Shown piece by piece: positions 48,191-59,086 of a DNA stretch of 64,000 nucleotides. Made by a program: the position numbers and the translations under genes. The DNA comes from Candidatus Apopatosoma intestinale (GTDB lineage: Bacteria; Bacillota; Clostridia; Oscillospirales; CAG-272): NCBI GenBank assembly GCA_003524145.1, contig DODZ01000020.1, positions 12,325 to 76,324 of the forward strand, read 5' to 3'. Below the pieces are notes generated by a model. The model saw nothing but the letters and a program-made list of their open reading frames with translations. It did not search any database and was not told the origin of the DNA. How positions within the stretch are numbered: position 1 is the stretch's first letter; every line of letters begins with the position of its first letter.

Positions 48191-50146
48191 ATGGCAGAAT
48201 TTGAAAATCAGAACAATGCGGCAGAAGAGCTGACCGAGGAAAAGGTAAACGAAATCCTTCAGATAAGACGCGACAAGCTCGCCGCGCTCAGAGCAGACGG
48301 AAAAGACCCCTTTACCGTAGTGAAATACGATATAAACGCACACGCGCTCGATATTAAAAACGACTTTGCCGGCTACGAGGGCAAAAGTGTTTCCATAGCG
48401 GGCAGAATGATGAGCCGCCGCATAATGGGCAAGGCTTCATTTATGGATCTGCGCGACGGCACGGACAGGATACAGGTTTATGTAAAGCGCGACGATGTCG
48501 GCGAAGAGGAATATGCCGCCTTCAAAAAGTGCGATATCGGCGATATTTTCGGTGTTGATGGCGTTGTATTCCGCACACAGATGGGTGAAATATCCGTCCA
48601 TGCAACAAAGATAATGCTTCTTTCCAAGTCTCTGCTCCCTCTTCCCGAGAAGTACCACGGACTCAAGGATACAGACCTTCGCTATCGTCAGAGATACGTT
48701 GACCTTATAGTAAATCCCGAGGTTCGCGAAACCTTTGCAAAGCGTTCGGCTATAATCCGCGAGATACGCAGATTTCTCGATGACAAGGGCTTCTGCGAGG
48801 TTGAAACTCCCGTGCTTCATAATATCGCGGGCGGTGCTTCCGCACGTCCTTTCATCACGCATCACAATGCGCTCGATATTCCCATGTATATGAGAATAGC
48901 TCTTGAGCTTCATCTGAAGCGCCTTATCGTCGGCGGCTTTGAGAAGGTTTATGAGATAGGCAGAGTTTTTCGCAATGAGGGCATGGATACGAGACACAAT
49001 CCCGAGTTTACCCTGCTCGAGCTTTATCAGGCATATACCGACTTTGAGGGAATAATGAACCTGACAGAGGAGCTTATCCGTACTGTGGCAAAGAATGTCC
49101 TCGGTACGGAAAAGATAAGCTATGCCGGCATAGATATCGATCTCGAAAAGCCCTTTGCGAGAATGAAGATGGTTGATGCCGTGAAGCTTTATTCGGGCGT
49201 TGATTTTGATAAGATTACCACTCTCGAGGAGGCAAGAGCCGCCGCAAAGGAGCATCATATCGAATATGAGGAGCGCCACAAGATAGGCGATATAATAAAC
49301 CTCTTCTTCGACGAATATGTTGAGGAAAAGCTTATTCAGCCTACATTTATCACACATTATCCTGTTGAAATTTCTCCTCTTGCAAAGAAGGACCCCGCGG
49401 ATACAAGATATACACAGCGCTTCGAACTTTTCATAGTCGGCAGAGAGCACGGAAACGCTTTCTCCGAGCTTAATGACCCGATAGACCAGCGCGAGCGCTT
49501 TGAAGCGCAGGCGCTGCTCAAAGCGCAGGGCGACGAGGAGGCTTGCGATATAGACGACGACTATATCTGCGCACTCGAATACGGGCTTCCTCCCACGGGC
49601 GGTCTCGGCATAGGAATAGACAGACTCGTAATGCTTCTTACGGGAGAAGAAAATATTCGCGATGTTATCCTTTTCCCGACGATGAAGCCGCTTACGGACG
49701 GCAAAAAGAAGAACGACGAAGCAAAGGATGATGAGCCGAAGGCAGAGGAAAAATCCGAGCCCGAGGTCATTGATTTCTCAAAGGTTGAGATAGAGCCGCT
49801 TTTCAGGGATTATGTCGATTTTGAAACATTTGCAAAGTCGGATTTCAGAGCGGTCAAGGTGCTTGCCTGCGAGGCTGTTCCGAAGTCGAAGAAGCTCCTG
49901 AAATTTACTCTCGATGACGGCACCGGCGAAAACAGAACGATACTCAGCGGTATTCATCCCTTCTATGAGCCGGAGGAGCTTATCGGCAAAACCTGCATCG
50001 CCATTACAAATCTTCCTCCCAGAGCGATGATGGGCATAGAATCCTGCGGAATGCTTATAAGTGCGGTTCATCACGAGGAGGGCGAAGAGAAGCTCCATCT
50101 CCTGATGGTTGACAATCATATTCCCGCAGGCGCAAAGCTTTATTGA
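48191..50146 (+). CDS. lysS: lysine--tRNA ligase (class II) with a C-terminal tRNA-binding (Trbp111/MetRS-C-like) domain
   Basis: Class II core with [17 protein letters not shown] and [14 protein letters not shown]. An extra 150 aa or so follows FPTMKP (see findings). Confidence 0.92.
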   Translation: MAEFENQNNAAEELTEEKVNEILQIRRDKLAALRADGKDPFTVVKYDINAHALDIKNDFAGYEGKSVSIAGRMMSRRIMGKASFMDLRDGTDRIQVYVKRDDVGEEEYAAFKKCDIGDIFGVDGVVFRTQMGEISVHATKIMLLSKSLLPLPEKYHGLKDTDLRYRQRYVDLIVNPEVRETFAKRSAIIREIRRFLDDKGFCEVETPVLHNIAGGASARPFITHHNALDIPMYMRIALELHLKRLIVGGFEKVYEIGRVFRNEGMDTRHNPEFTLLELYQAYTDFEGIMNLTEELIRTVAKNVLGTEKISYAGIDIDLEKPFARMKMVDAVKLYSGVDFDKITTLEEARAAAKEHHIEYEERHKIGDIINLFFDEYVEEKLIQPTFITHYPVEISPLAKKDPADTRYTQRFELFIVGREHGNAFSELNDPIDQRERFEAQALLKAQGDEEACDIDDDYICALEYGLPPTGGLGIGIDRLVMLLTGEENIRDVILFPTMKPLTDGKKKNDEAKDDEPKAEEKSEPEVIDFSKVEIEPLFRDYVDFETFAKSDFRAVKVLACEAVPKSKKLLKFTLDDGTGENRTILSGIHPFYEPEELIGKTCIAITNLPPRAMMGIESCGMLISAVHHEEGEEKLHLLMVDNHIPAGAKLY

Positions 50147-50179
50147 AAGAAAAATACCGATTTATGAAAGGAGCAGGCT

Positions 50180-50818
50180 ATGAAAAAATGGCTTGAGAAT
50201 TACTGGTACCATTACAAATGGCACACGCTTATCGGCGGTGCTGCGATAATTCTTGCCGTCGTGCTCATAGTCCAGCTTGCCGCAAAGGTAAATTACGATG
50301 CGCTTTTCATGTATGTCGGCGATGATTATATTTCGGCGGTGCAACATTCCGAGATAGTGAAAACTCTCGAAGATGTCTGCCCGGATACTACGGAAAACGG
50401 GAAAACGGAAATAAACTTTTCACGCACGGCATATGTCGGGAAGGCAACGAGTGCTTCGGATGCGCAGATAAATGCCGCAGGCGAGGACTTTCTTTCCACG
50501 ATGCTCCATCAGCCGTATTATATCTATTTTATAAGAAAAGATGCCTACGAGCGCTGTAAGGACGCTTTCGTTCCGCTTTCCGATATTTTCGGCGAGAATA
50601 TTCCCGAGAGTGCATACGACGACAAGGGAATAGCTTTCTCAAAAACCGCTTTTCATGATAGCAATCCGGCCTTTTCCTGCCTTTCCGACGATGTTGTGAT
50701 AGCACTGAAGGAAAAGCCGTATATCTTTTCGATTTTCGGCAGGCAGAGGAGGGCGGAGGCGAAATCTTTTTCGGCACATCTCGAAATTTTCAAAAGCATC
50801 GTGCTTTATGAAAAATAA
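50180..50818 (+). CDS. membrane-anchored protein of unknown function
   Basis: 212 aa with a single N-terminal TM segment (LIGGAAIILAVVLIVQLAA). The remainder is unrecognised. GGAG RBS. Confidence 0.5.
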   Translation: MKKWLENYWYHYKWHTLIGGAAIILAVVLIVQLAAKVNYDALFMYVGDDYISAVQHSEIVKTLEDVCPDTTENGKTEINFSRTAYVGKATSASDAQINAAGEDFLSTMLHQPYYIYFIRKDAYERCKDAFVPLSDIFGENIPESAYDDKGIAFSKTAFHDSNPAFSCLSDDVVIALKEKPYIFSIFGRQRRAEAKSFSAHLEIFKSIVLYEK

Positions 50819-50851
50819 ATCGTTTTTTGTGAATAAAAATAAAGATTTATA

Positions 50852-50880
50852 TTGACAAATCTGCACTTTTATGATATTAT
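50852..50880 (+). promoter_or_regulatory. tRNA operon promoter, TTGACA-17-TATTAT
   Basis: TTGACA at 50852-50857 and TATTAT at 50875-50880, 30 nt upstream of tRNA-Gly. Confidence 0.55.
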
Positions 50881-50909
50881 GTATAGGCGTTCAAAAAAGA
50901 ATGCCTACC

Positions 50910-50983
50910 GCGGGTGTAGTTCAATGGTAGAACTCCAGCCTTCCAAGCTGGTCGCGTGGGTTCGATTCCCATCATCCGCTCCA
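50910..50983 (+). tRNA. tRNA-Gly (anticodon TCC)
   Basis: Cloverleaf folded by hand. Acceptor GCGGGTG/CATCCGC, anticodon loop CTTCCAA, T-loop TTCGATT, encoded CCA. Confidence 0.93.
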
Positions 50984-50985
50984 AT

Positions 50986-51062
50986 GTGCCTTTAGCTCAG
51001 CTGGATAGAGCAACTGCCTTCTAAGCAGTAGGTCGGGGGTTCGAGTCCCTCAAGGCACGCCA
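50986..51062 (+). tRNA. tRNA-Arg (anticodon TCT)
   Basis: Acceptor GTGCCTT/AAGGCAC, anticodon loop CTTCTAA, T-loop TTCGAGT, encoded CCA. Confidence 0.93.
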
Positions 51063-51065
51063 TAT

Positions 51066-51143
51066 GGTGGATATAGCGCAGTTGGTTAGCGCGTCAGGTT
51101 GTGGCCCTGAAGGCCGTCGGTTCGAATCCGATTATCCACCCCA
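51066..51143 (+). tRNA. tRNA-His (anticodon GTG)
   Basis: Extra G-1 paired to C73, acceptor GTGGATA/TATCCAC, anticodon loop TTGTGGC, T-loop TTCGAAT, encoded CCA. Confidence 0.93.
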
Positions 51144-51155
51144 TACAAAAAAAGT

Positions 51156-51185
51156 GCGGCATATTTTATAATATGTCGCTTTTTT
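51156..51185 (+). terminator. intrinsic terminator of the tRNA cluster
   Basis: GCGGCATATT-TTAT-AATATGTCGC (one G-U pair) followed by TTTTTT. Confidence 0.65.
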
Positions 51186-51221
51186 ATGAAAATTTTTAAT
51201 GATTTTTTTGGAGACAGAGAG

Positions 51222-52442
51222 ATGAAAAAGTATTTGATGTCAGATAAGCTGGTTCCTGTTCATTCCGATATACGAGGACCTATTTTTGTAGAAGCGCTTG
51301 AAATGCAGAAGAAGGGCATTTCCGTGCTCAAGCTCAATACCGGAAATCCTGCGGCTTTCGGCTTTAAAATGCCCGAGAGTGTGCGTCGCGCTCTCTCGGA
51401 AAATATGGACAAGGCAGTAGGATATTGCGATTTCCGCGGAATGACGGAGGCAAGAGAAGCTATCTGCACATATGAGAGCGGAAAGGGAATAAAAGGCATT
51501 ACGCCCGACGATGTTTTCATCGGAAACGGCGTAAGCGAGCTTGCCTCTATGCTGACGGCTGTAACGCTGAATTTCGGCGATGAATTTCTCATTCCTTCGC
51601 CGAGCTACTCTCTGTGGACAAATTCGGCTTATATCGCCGGAGCAAAGCCTGTTTTCTATACCTGTGACGAAAGCTCGGACTGGTATCCGGATATAAATGA
51701 TATCAAATCAAAAATTACGGACAAAACACGGGCTATCCTCATAATAAACCCGAATAACCCGACAGGTGCGCTTTATCCGCCGGAAATTCTTCTTGAGATA
51801 GTGAAGATTGCGCGCGAGCATAATCTTATTATTTTCTCGGACGAGATATACGACAGGCTCGTGATGGACGGAAAAGTGCATACATCGACTGCGGCGCTTG
51901 CGGGCGACGATGTTGTCTGCGTCACGCTGAACGGACTCTCGAAATCGCATTGCCTCTGTGGCTTCCGCTGCGGCTGGCTTGTGCTCTCGGGAAATAAGAG
52001 CACATATGCAGATATAATGCAGGGGCTGGTGAAATACGCCTCTATGCGTCTCTGCGGTAACGCGCTGACACAGCTTGTCGTACCCGCCGCGCTTGCCGAC
52101 GACGAATATACGAAATCCATGATAATTCCCGGAGGCAGGCTCTATGAACAGCGCGAGGCTACGGCACGCGGGCTTTCGGGGATAGACGGCATAACTTATG
52201 TGAAAAACAGCGCCGCCTTCTACATGTTTCCGAGGCTTGACAAGGCACGTTTCGGCATAAAGGACGACAAAAAATTTGCGATGGATCTGCTCCATGAGAA
52301 GCATATCCTCATCGTACCGGCAAGCGGCTTTGACTGGGACGGAAACGACCATTTCCGCATAGTAATGCTCCCGGAGGCGGAGATTCTCTCCCGCGCGATA
52401 GCCGATATAGGAGATTTTCTCTCGGAATATCATCAGAAATAA
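51222..52442 (+). CDS. class I/II PLP-dependent aminotransferase (AlaA/alanine aminotransferase-like)
   Basis: NPNNPTG and the PLP-lysine motif LSKSHCLCGFRCGW. ATG 51222 was chosen because ATG 51186 abuts the tRNA terminator. Confidence 0.85.
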   Translation: MKKYLMSDKLVPVHSDIRGPIFVEALEMQKKGISVLKLNTGNPAAFGFKMPESVRRALSENMDKAVGYCDFRGMTEAREAICTYESGKGIKGITPDDVFIGNGVSELASMLTAVTLNFGDEFLIPSPSYSLWTNSAYIAGAKPVFYTCDESSDWYPDINDIKSKITDKTRAILIINPNNPTGALYPPEILLEIVKIAREHNLIIFSDEIYDRLVMDGKVHTSTAALAGDDVVCVTLNGLSKSHCLCGFRCGWLVLSGNKSTYADIMQGLVKYASMRLCGNALTQLVVPAALADDEYTKSMIIPGGRLYEQREATARGLSGIDGITYVKNSAAFYMFPRLDKARFGIKDDKKFAMDLLHEKHILIVPASGFDWDGNDHFRIVMLPEAEILSRAIADIGDFLSEYHQK

Positions 52443-52470
52443 ACCGTAACCAAGGATAAAATATACTGAA

Positions 52471-53838
52471 ATGAAAAGAAAACTGCTCCCACAGGTGGAT
52501 ATGACCTCGGGTCGTATTCTGCCGAATGTCATCGCTTTTGCGATACCGCTGATAATAACCAGCTATCTCCAGCTCCTCTACAATGCCGCCGACCTTGTGG
52601 TCGTCGGAAAATGGGCGGGAGATGCATGTCTTGCCGCCGTCGGTGCGACAGGCTCTACGATAAATCTTCTGCTCAATGTATTTCTCGGGCTTTCAGTCGG
52701 AGCCGGTGTTGTTTTTGCCAATTATTACGGTGCGCAGGATAAGGATGGCTGCCACAGAACCTTGCATACGGCTGTTCTTGTCGCTCTTATCAGCGGCATT
52801 TTCATCGGCGGCATTGCCATAATTCTCGCTCCGGAGATGCTTCGCGCACAGGATGTTCCGGAGGAGGTGCTTCCTCTCGCGGTTGTCTATATACGCATAT
52901 ATTTTGCCGGTGCACCGGTGAATATACTCTACAATTTCGGTGCGTCAATAATGCGTGCTTCGGGAGATACGAAGCGCCCGCTCTATTTTCTTACGCTCGC
53001 CGGAATGATAAATGTCATTTTCAATCTTATATTTGTCATATGCTTCAAGATGACTGTAGACGGTGTTGCGATAGCCACTATAATATCGCAGGCTATATCC
53101 GCTGCGCTCGTCATTATTTCCCTGATGAAAAATGAGGGAATGTGCCGCCTCAGCATGAGGGAGCTGAAAATACATAAAGCGGAGCTTTCCAAAATAATAA
53201 AGATAGGCGTTCCCGCAGGGCTCAACGGCGTTATCTTCTCGATATCCAACCTCATCATACAGACCGCGGTGAACAGCTTCGGCAAGGTGGCTATGTCCGG
53301 CGTTACGGCGGCATCAAATATAGAGGGCTTCACCTATCAGACGATGAACGGATTTTCTCAGGCGGCGATTGCTTTCTCAGGTCAGAACTACGGCGCAAAG
53401 AAGCCCGAGCGAATGAAAAAGATACTCGTGCATTGTCTTGCACTTGCGGCGGTATCGGGACTTGCGCTCTCAATAGTATCGTATATTCTCGGCAGACCGC
53501 TGCTGAAGATTTATACGGATACGCCGGAGGCGATAGACTACGGCATGCTCAGACTGAAGCTTTTTGCCTTCACATATTTCATGCACGGCATGGCAGAGGT
53601 TCTGCTCGGCATGGTGAGAGGATGGGGCAGGTCGCTTACACCGACCATTGTTTCGCTTACCACAATATGCGTTTTCCGCATAGCATGGATTTATACCGTT
53701 TTTGCGCAGTTCCATGACGATATCATGTGGCTCTATCTCGCGTACCCGATTTCGTGGGCGCTGGAGCTTGCGGGCTTCTTCATTTATTATCTCATAGTGC
53801 AGAGAAAGATGAAGCGCGAGCTTATGCCGAATATATAA
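52471..53838 (+). CDS. MATE family efflux transporter
   Basis: 455 aa with about 12 TM segments. N-terminal ILPNVIAFAIPLIITSYLQLLYNAADLVVVGKW is typical of MATE/NorM proteins. Confidence 0.85.
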   Translation: MKRKLLPQVDMTSGRILPNVIAFAIPLIITSYLQLLYNAADLVVVGKWAGDACLAAVGATGSTINLLLNVFLGLSVGAGVVFANYYGAQDKDGCHRTLHTAVLVALISGIFIGGIAIILAPEMLRAQDVPEEVLPLAVVYIRIYFAGAPVNILYNFGASIMRASGDTKRPLYFLTLAGMINVIFNLIFVICFKMTVDGVAIATIISQAISAALVIISLMKNEGMCRLSMRELKIHKAELSKIIKIGVPAGLNGVIFSISNLIIQTAVNSFGKVAMSGVTAASNIEGFTYQTMNGFSQAAIAFSGQNYGAKKPERMKKILVHCLALAAVSGLALSIVSYILGRPLLKIYTDTPEAIDYGMLRLKLFAFTYFMHGMAEVLLGMVRGWGRSLTPTIVSLTTICVFRIAWIYTVFAQFHDDIMWLYLAYPISWALELAGFFIYYLIVQRKMKRELMPNI

Positions 53839-53863
53839 ATAAAATACAAGGGAGAATGAAAAG

Positions 53864-56008
53864 ATGACGCTCATAATAGCCGAAAAGCCCAGTCTGGCAA
53901 GAAATATTGTTGCCGGAATAGGCAAAATGACAAAGAAAAACGGCTACTACGAGGGATGCGGTTACATTGTAACTTGGGCATTCGGTCATCTTTTTTCTTT
54001 ATGCGATATCGAGGATTATCAGGAGAAGCCGTCTGGCAAATGGACTATGGAGGGACTTCCTTGTTTCCCCGAGAAATTCCGATTTGCGCTTCGCAAAAAT
54101 GCGGAAAAGCAGATTGACGAAGGCGTAAAAAAGCAGTTTGAAACGATAAAGGCGCTCTGCCTGAGGCAGGATGTCGATATCATCGCAAACGCGGGAGACG
54201 CGGACAGAGAGGGAGAAATCATAGTCCGTCTCTGCATAGAAAATGCCGGTGCGGAGGGAAAAAGTCTTGTTCGTCTGTGGCTTCCGGATCAGACTCCGCA
54301 GACTGTCGCTTCGGCACTGCGCGATATGAAGAGCGAGCACGAATACGATAATCTTGCAAATGAGGGCTTTGCGCGAACATATATCGACTGGCTCTATGGC
54401 GTAAATCTGACGCGTTTTGCCACGTTGAAAACAGGCACACTGCTTCGCGTCGGCAGAGTAATAGTGCCGATAGTAAAAGCGATATACGACCGCGACAAGG
54501 CTATATCGGGTTTCACGCCGGATATCTACTATGCGATATCGAGTGCCGAGGAGACAAACGGCGAAAAGATAGAGCTGACGAGCAAAAACAAGTTTGAGAA
54601 GAAAGACAAGGCTAAGGCGGAGAAGCTCTGCACCGAATATAACGCGGAGAAAGCCATCGTCACGGACAAGAAGAGCAAGAAAGATACGATAAACCCCGGC
54701 AAGCTCTATTCGCTCTCAAAGCTTCAGAATGTGCTCGGCAAAAAGTACAAGATGCCCATGGAGGAGAGCCTTGCGATAGTTCAGCGACTCTATGAGCAGG
54801 GGTATCTCACCTATCCGAGAACAAACTCGGAATACCTCGCCACGGCTGAAAAGGACAAGATAAAGAAGATACTCGAAAACATATCAAAAATGGGCTATCC
54901 TGTAGCATTCAAGGATAAGAAAACCATCTTTGACGATTCCAAAATAGAATCACACTCGGCGCTGACGCCGACTTACAAGATACCCGATAAAAATGCGCTC
55001 TCGCAAAACGAAGCAAAGGTGTATTCCACGGTATTCCGTCGCTTTGTCGCGGTATTCTGCTCTGAGGAATGCCGATGCGAAAAGACCGAAATAAAGATAA
55101 AGGTCGGAGAGAGAGAAGAGTTTATCCTCAAAGGCACCGTGATAACTGAAAAGGGCTGGACAAAATACGACGATTTCTCGCAGAAGGACAAGATACTGCC
55201 GAAACTCGAAAAGGGCGACGAGGTGAATACTCTTTTCCGTCCGATAGAAAAAGAGACAAACCCGCCGAAGCACTATACTATAGAGACTCTCAATAATTAT
55301 CTGAAAAATCCCTTCAAGGAGGACAAAGCAGCAGCGGCAGAAGCAGCAAGCGAGGAGGCGGTTGCCGACTCCGCAGGTGCAGAGGAAGCCGACGGCGACG
55401 ACACCGAGGACTATAAGGCGATATTTGAGGGACTGGAGCTCGGCACGGAGGCTACGCGCACCGGAATCATTGACAATGCGATAAAGAGCGGCTATATCGC
55501 GCTGAAAAAGGATGTATATACCATCCTGCCCGCGGGCGAATTTCTCATAGAATCGCTTGTCAATATGCAGATATCCATGGATAAATACAAGACAAGCGAG
55601 ATGGGTCAGGCACTCAAAAAGGTTTTTCGCGGCAGTATCACAGTGGGCGACAGCATCGCTCTTGCCGAAAAGAATATAGCCGATGTTTTCACGCGGCGCG
55701 ACGATGCGCCCGAGGTGGAAACCGATACGGGCTTCTACGGTGATGAAATCGGAAAATGCCCGCTCTGCGGCAAGCCTGTCATCCGCGGGCGCTACGGCTA
55801 CGGCTGCACCGGCTATAAGGACGGCTGCAAATTCAAGATAAGCGGGTTTATCTGCAAGCGTACCATTTCAAAAACGAATGCAAAAATGCTGCTCGAAAGC
55901 GGAAAAAGCTCAAAAATCAAGGGCTTTATCTCCAAAGCGGGCAAGCCGTTTGAAGGATATCTCGTAATGGATGCCGAGGGAAATATAAAATTTGATTTTT
56001 CAAATTGA
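53864..56008 (+). CDS. topB: DNA topoisomerase III (TopB), with a C-terminal zinc-ribbon region
   Basis: Toprim LIIAEKPS, catalytic Tyr motif GYLTYPRTNSEYL, C-terminal CPLCGKPV...GCTGYKDGCKFK. Confidence 0.9.
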   Translation: MTLIIAEKPSLARNIVAGIGKMTKKNGYYEGCGYIVTWAFGHLFSLCDIEDYQEKPSGKWTMEGLPCFPEKFRFALRKNAEKQIDEGVKKQFETIKALCLRQDVDIIANAGDADREGEIIVRLCIENAGAEGKSLVRLWLPDQTPQTVASALRDMKSEHEYDNLANEGFARTYIDWLYGVNLTRFATLKTGTLLRVGRVIVPIVKAIYDRDKAISGFTPDIYYAISSAEETNGEKIELTSKNKFEKKDKAKAEKLCTEYNAEKAIVTDKKSKKDTINPGKLYSLSKLQNVLGKKYKMPMEESLAIVQRLYEQGYLTYPRTNSEYLATAEKDKIKKILENISKMGYPVAFKDKKTIFDDSKIESHSALTPTYKIPDKNALSQNEAKVYSTVFRRFVAVFCSEECRCEKTEIKIKVGEREEFILKGTVITEKGWTKYDDFSQKDKILPKLEKGDEVNTLFRPIEKETNPPKHYTIETLNNYLKNPFKEDKAAAAEAASEEAVADSAGAEEADGDDTEDYKAIFEGLELGTEATRTGIIDNAIKSGYIALKKDVYTILPAGEFLIESLVNMQISMDKYKTSEMGQALKKVFRGSITVGDSIALAEKNIADVFTRRDDAPEVETDTGFYGDEIGKCPLCGKPVIRGRYGYGCTGYKDGCKFKISGFICKRTISKTNAKMLLESGKSSKIKGFISKAGKPFEGYLVMDAEGNIKFDFSN

Positions 56009-56102
56009 TTACGCAAAAAGAAAATTAGTGCGAGACTATAGACTTTGGCGATAATTTATGGTATGATATAATTAACCTATGTACACAGAGGAAAAATATA
56101 AG

Positions 56103-57911
56103 ATGACGAGACAGGAAAAAATACGCAATTTTTCTATAATAGCGCATATAGACCACGGCAAGAGCACGCTTGCGGACAGACTTCTGGAATCAACGCAGAG
56201 TGTTGCCAAGCGCGATATGGAGGATCAGCTCCTCGACAATATGGATATAGAGCGCGAACGCGGAATAACAATAAAAGCCCGCGCCGTCAAGGTGAATTAC
56301 AAGGCGGCTGACGGCGAGACATATGAATTCAATCTCATCGATACTCCCGGACATGTCGACTTCAATTATGAGGTTTCACGTTCGCTGAAGGCTTGCGAGG
56401 GTGCGCTTCTCGTCGTCGACGCGACGCAGGGAATAGAAGCGCAGACTCTGGCAAATACTTATCTTGCGCTTGAAAACGATCTCGAGATAATTCCTGTCAT
56501 AAACAAAATAGACCTGCCGAGCGCGGATATAGAGGGTGTGCGCGGCGAGATAGAGGATATCATCGGAATCCCCGCAGAGGATTGTCCCGCGGTTTCAGCA
56601 AAGACGGGACTAAATATCGGCGATGTGCTGGAGCATATCGTTTCCGACATTCCGGCACCCGAGGGCGATGAAAATGCGCCGCTCAAATGCCTGATATTCG
56701 ATTCTTATTACGATTCATACCGCGGCGTCGTCGTTTATGTGCGTGTCAAGGACGGTGCCGTGCGCGCGGGAATGAAGATACGCATGATGAATACCGGTGC
56801 GGAATTTGAGGTGGTAGATGTCGGCTATATGTCAGCCTTCGGTCTTGTTCCGGCGGAAAGCATTCGCGCGGGAGAGGTCGGATATATCACTGCGAGCATA
56901 AAGAATGTAGCCGATACGCGCGTGGGCGATACCGTCACCGATGCGGAAAATCCCACGGCAGAGCCTTTTGAGGGCTTCAAGCAGGCGCTCCCGATGGTTT
57001 TCGCGGGAATATATCCCGCCGACGGTGCGAAATATCCCGATCTTCGCGATGCGCTCGAAAAGCTCCGCCTCAACGATGCGGCGCTCACCTTTGAACCCGA
57101 AACGAGTATCGCGCTCGGCTTCGGCTTCCGTTGCGGCTTCCTCGGTCTGCTCCATATGGAGATTATCGCCGAGCGACTGGAGAGGGAATTTAATCTTGAC
57201 CTCGTCACGACTGCGCCGAGCGTTATTTACAAAGTGCAATACAAGAACGGGGAAGAGAAATATATCGATAACCCTGCTGTCTACCCCTCTCCCGATGAGA
57301 TAGCGGCGGCATACGAGCCTGTGGTGAAGGCAAGCATTATCACGCCGACTGACTATGTAGGCGGCATAATGGACCTCTGCAAGGACAGGCGCGGCATTTT
57401 CGCCGATATGAAGTATATAGATAAAAACCGCGTGGAGCTTCATTATACGCTGCCGCTCAATGAGATAATATACGATTTCTTTGATGCGCTCAAGAGCCGG
57501 AGCAAGGGTTATGCTTCGCTTGACTATGAGCTCGCGGGATATGAAGAAAGCAGACTTGTAAAGCTTGATATTCTGCTCAATCTCGAGGTAGTGGATGCAC
57601 TTTCGTTTATCGTTCATGCAGATAAGGCATATTCGCGCGGCAGAAAGATAGTCGAGGCGCTGAAGGAAAATATACCGCGTCAGCTCTTTGAGGTGCCCGT
57701 GCAGGCGGCGATAGGCGGCAGAGTCATCGCCCGCGAAACAGTCAAGGCTATGCGCAAGGATGTGCTGGCAAAATGCTACGGCGGCGATATCACACGAAAG
57801 AAGAAGCTGCTCGAAAAACAGAAGGAAGGAAAAAAGCGCATGAGAAAGCTCGGCTCTGTGGAGGTTCCGCCGGAGACATTCATGGCGGTGCTGAAGCTGG
57901 ACGAGGAATGA
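56103..57911 (+). CDS. lepA: translation elongation factor 4 (LepA)
   Basis: [32 protein letters not shown] 56103 is preferred over 56079, which abuts a -10-like TATGATATAAT. Confidence 0.93.
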   Translation: MTRQEKIRNFSIIAHIDHGKSTLADRLLESTQSVAKRDMEDQLLDNMDIERERGITIKARAVKVNYKAADGETYEFNLIDTPGHVDFNYEVSRSLKACEGALLVVDATQGIEAQTLANTYLALENDLEIIPVINKIDLPSADIEGVRGEIEDIIGIPAEDCPAVSAKTGLNIGDVLEHIVSDIPAPEGDENAPLKCLIFDSYYDSYRGVVVYVRVKDGAVRAGMKIRMMNTGAEFEVVDVGYMSAFGLVPAESIRAGEVGYITASIKNVADTRVGDTVTDAENPTAEPFEGFKQALPMVFAGIYPADGAKYPDLRDALEKLRLNDAALTFEPETSIALGFGFRCGFLGLLHMEIIAERLEREFNLDLVTTAPSVIYKVQYKNGEEKYIDNPAVYPSPDEIAAAYEPVVKASIITPTDYVGGIMDLCKDRRGIFADMKYIDKNRVELHYTLPLNEIIYDFFDALKSRSKGYASLDYELAGYEESRLVKLDILLNLEVVDALSFIVHADKAYSRGRKIVEALKENIPRQLFEVPVQAAIGGRVIARETVKAMRKDVLAKCYGGDITRKKKLLEKQKEGKKRMRKLGSVEVPPETFMAVLKLDEE

Positions 57912-57926
57912 GCGCGGTCTCTCGAA

Positions 57927-59069
57927 ATGGCTGATAAACTTTTGGGCTTGTATATCCATGTTCCTTTTTGCATAAGAAAATGTGCATACTGCGACTTTTA
58001 TTCCGTACCGTATAATCCTGATGCTATGACGGCATATGCGCGCGCGCTGGCGGCGCAGATAAGGCGGGCAAAGCCCTATGCGCACGGGAGAAAGGCAGAT
58101 ACGGTATATTTCGGCGGGGGAACGCCTTCGCTCCTATCCGAGAGCGATGCGGCACTCATAATCTCGGCACTGCGCGAGACCTTCGATATAACCCGCGATG
58201 CGGAGATAACGCTTGAGACCAATCCGGGAACGGTGAACAGTGCCTCGCTTTCCGCTTTTCACTCGGCGGGCGTAAACAGGCTCAGTATCGGCATGCAGAG
58301 CGCATCGGATGCGGAGCTGAAGCTGCTTTCGCGCATACATACGCGTGAGGATTTTGAAAACACATATCTGCTTGCCCGCATGGAGGGCTTTGACAATATC
58401 AGCTTTGATATAATGTACGCGCTCCCATGGCAGAGCGAGGAACGGCTTGCCTATACAGTGAGCTATGCGCTGGAGCTTTCGCCTGAGCATATATCGTTTT
58501 ACGGGCTGAAGCTTGAGATGGGAACGCCTTTCGGCATTAATCCCGAGATAGCGGCACATATTCCGGATGAAGATACGCAGGTGGCGATGTATACGAAATC
58601 CGCGGAAAGCTTTGAGAGGCGCGGTTATAAGCAATATGAGATAAGCAATTTTGCAAAGGCGGGGCGCGAGAGCAGGCATAATCTCAAATACTGGAGGAGT
58701 ATGGATTTTCTCGGCTTTGGTCCCGGCGCACATTCGTTTATAGACGGCAGACTCTTTTCGTATAAGAAGGACATAAAGCTTTTTCTCGGCACTGAAAACG
58801 ACACGATACTGACGGAGCAGTCAAATACCCCGACAAAAAGCGAGCTTGAGACGCAATATGTGATGATGGCTTTCCGCACGTCTTACGGTGTTGATACAGA
58901 CGATTGGGGCAAGCGGTTCGGCGGAAACTTCGCTCTGAAATATTATAAAAAAATGAAGCCGTTTATAGATAAGGGCTTCATTATACAGGGCGACGGGAGC
59001 TTTCGTCTCTCACGCGAAGGGATGCTTGTTTCAAATTATATTCTCAGCGAAATTTTGGATTTTAATTAA
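57927..59069 (+). CDS. hemW: radical SAM heme chaperone HemW (coproporphyrinogen III oxidase-like)
   Basis: LYIHVPFCIRKCAYCDF radical-SAM cluster motif. lepA-hemW synteny. Confidence 0.88.
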   Translation: MADKLLGLYIHVPFCIRKCAYCDFYSVPYNPDAMTAYARALAAQIRRAKPYAHGRKADTVYFGGGTPSLLSESDAALIISALRETFDITRDAEITLETNPGTVNSASLSAFHSAGVNRLSIGMQSASDAELKLLSRIHTREDFENTYLLARMEGFDNISFDIMYALPWQSEERLAYTVSYALELSPEHISFYGLKLEMGTPFGINPEIAAHIPDEDTQVAMYTKSAESFERRGYKQYEISNFAKAGRESRHNLKYWRSMDFLGFGPGAHSFIDGRLFSYKKDIKLFLGTENDTILTEQSNTPTKSELETQYVMMAFRTSYGVDTDDWGKRFGGNFALKYYKKMKPFIDKGFIIQGDGSFRLSREGMLVSNYILSEILDFN

Positions 59070-59086
59070 GAAAAGGAGCTATAAAA

